A DNA stretch of 63,873 nucleotides, counting the filler, from Phoronis australis (lineage: Eukaryota > Animalia > Phoronida), in the NCBI GenBank assembly GCA_002633005.1. It is 8 parts of 8 records of this genome, joined end to end, with 100 filler letters (N's around TTAATTAATTAA, not from the genome) between each part and the next. Parts side by side here need not be neighbours in the genome. Positions count along the whole stretch, not along the records: positions 62,487 to 63,873 come from NMRA01003927.1; 7 more parts are not named here. One strand, 5' to 3'. The notes under the pieces are model-generated. The model searched no databases. It was not told the DNA's origin and was given only the letters and a program-made list of their open reading frames with translations. Both the position numbers and the translations under genes were made by a program. Positions 63,036-63,873 of this stretch are shown piece by piece (positions within the stretch are counted from its first letter, which is position 1; each line of letters opens with the position of its first letter).

Positions 63036-63873
63036 ATTTTATTTATTTATTATTGTGATATTTAAAATGAGGGTGGCCTCTTCAGTGATAGCACTGCTTT
63101 CCAAGAGGGCCCTCAACAAGAAAAACAGTAATATAATACAATGAAGTAATAAAACAACAATGAAATATACGTAACAAAGATACAATTAAAACAGTTAAGG
63201 TTGAGAATTAAGACAATAACTAAATGACAAATAATGGTAAAAAATTAACTAAGACAGATGAAATAAATTAAGAGGTGACTCTAGACAATGAGAGTATTTA
63301 CGACAATGAAAAATGACATGATTAAGATAGGCAGGGTATAAAAGGTTAAGTAAATTACAGCCACTTTTTAACATTAACTTTAAAGGTAGTAATTGAGTTG
63401 GACCGTTTAATTTCTGGGCTAAAAGAATTCCATAGATAAAAGATCTCTTGCCAGTCTCGGTTTTAATTTTTTTAGAAGAAACTGCCAGCAACAGAAGAAC
63501 GTGTAGAATAAACAGCCTGACTGCTATTGAATTTACTGCTGAGATATGCTGGAGCCAAGCCATTGATACATCTGCATATACAACAGGCAGAGAGATATTT
63601 ATTTCTTTGTCTTACTTTCATAAATCCCAGCTTGGAGTACAAGTCGTCAACCCTAGTGTCCCTAATTTTAGTACCCAGGATAGCCCTGGCGGCTCTATTT
63701 TGGATTACTTGGACTTTGTTTACAAGTGCCACTAGTGTGCCCCCAAACCGGTAAACAATAATCAATATGAGGCTGAATAATACAATGGTAAAGGGTTTTA
63801 AGGGTACGGACATTAAGAAATTTGCCTAGACGTTTAAGTACACCGATTTTCTTTGATAATTTCTTTGTGATAT
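63036..63873 (-). mobile_element. 3' end of an L2/Crack/CR1-group LINE (runs off the window)
   Basis: KVQVIQNRAARAILG...INGLAPAYLSSKF...YSTRS...GKRSF with frameshifts; 3' stem-loop at about 63069-63114 and an (AAT)/(AAAT) tail. Confidence 0.85.

Overview
AT-rich, intron-containing animal genomic DNA, probably a bilaterian invertebrate (inferred from the gene set and repeat types), from a draft scaffold with seven 100-bp N/TTAATTAATTAA linker gaps and one 286-N gap. Five host genes can be reconstructed by hand from GT-AG exons. (1) A complete 8-exon, 313-aa 2-oxoglutarate/Fe(II) dioxygenase (IPNS/DIOX-like, minus strand, 3393-10726). (2) Casein kinase II beta (CSNK2B, plus strand; 5' exons not visible). 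(3) PIN1 (minus, last two exons). (4) TRIP13/PCH2 (minus, two exons). (5) A NIPSNAP1/2 homolog (plus, two exons). The main observation is the CK2beta locus. It has two intact paralogous 116-nt copies of the acidic-loop exon, which are frame-incompatible and so probably mutually exclusive. It also has two intact paralogous terminal exons, only one of which keeps the KSPV CDK-type site. A predicted long-range RNA duplex and a branch-point hairpin lie in front of the proximal terminal exon. Tandem duplications that copy splice sites recur at five exon boundaries in CSNK2B and TRIP13. The remainder is mobile DNA: 5-bp-TSD (hAT5-like) elements, DINE-1/Helentron-like elements rich in CTCF-like motifs, decayed Academ-like, L1/Tx1, L2/Crack, Hero-like and Penelope-like relics, and many minisatellites. 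All homology calls are from motif recognition, not database searches.
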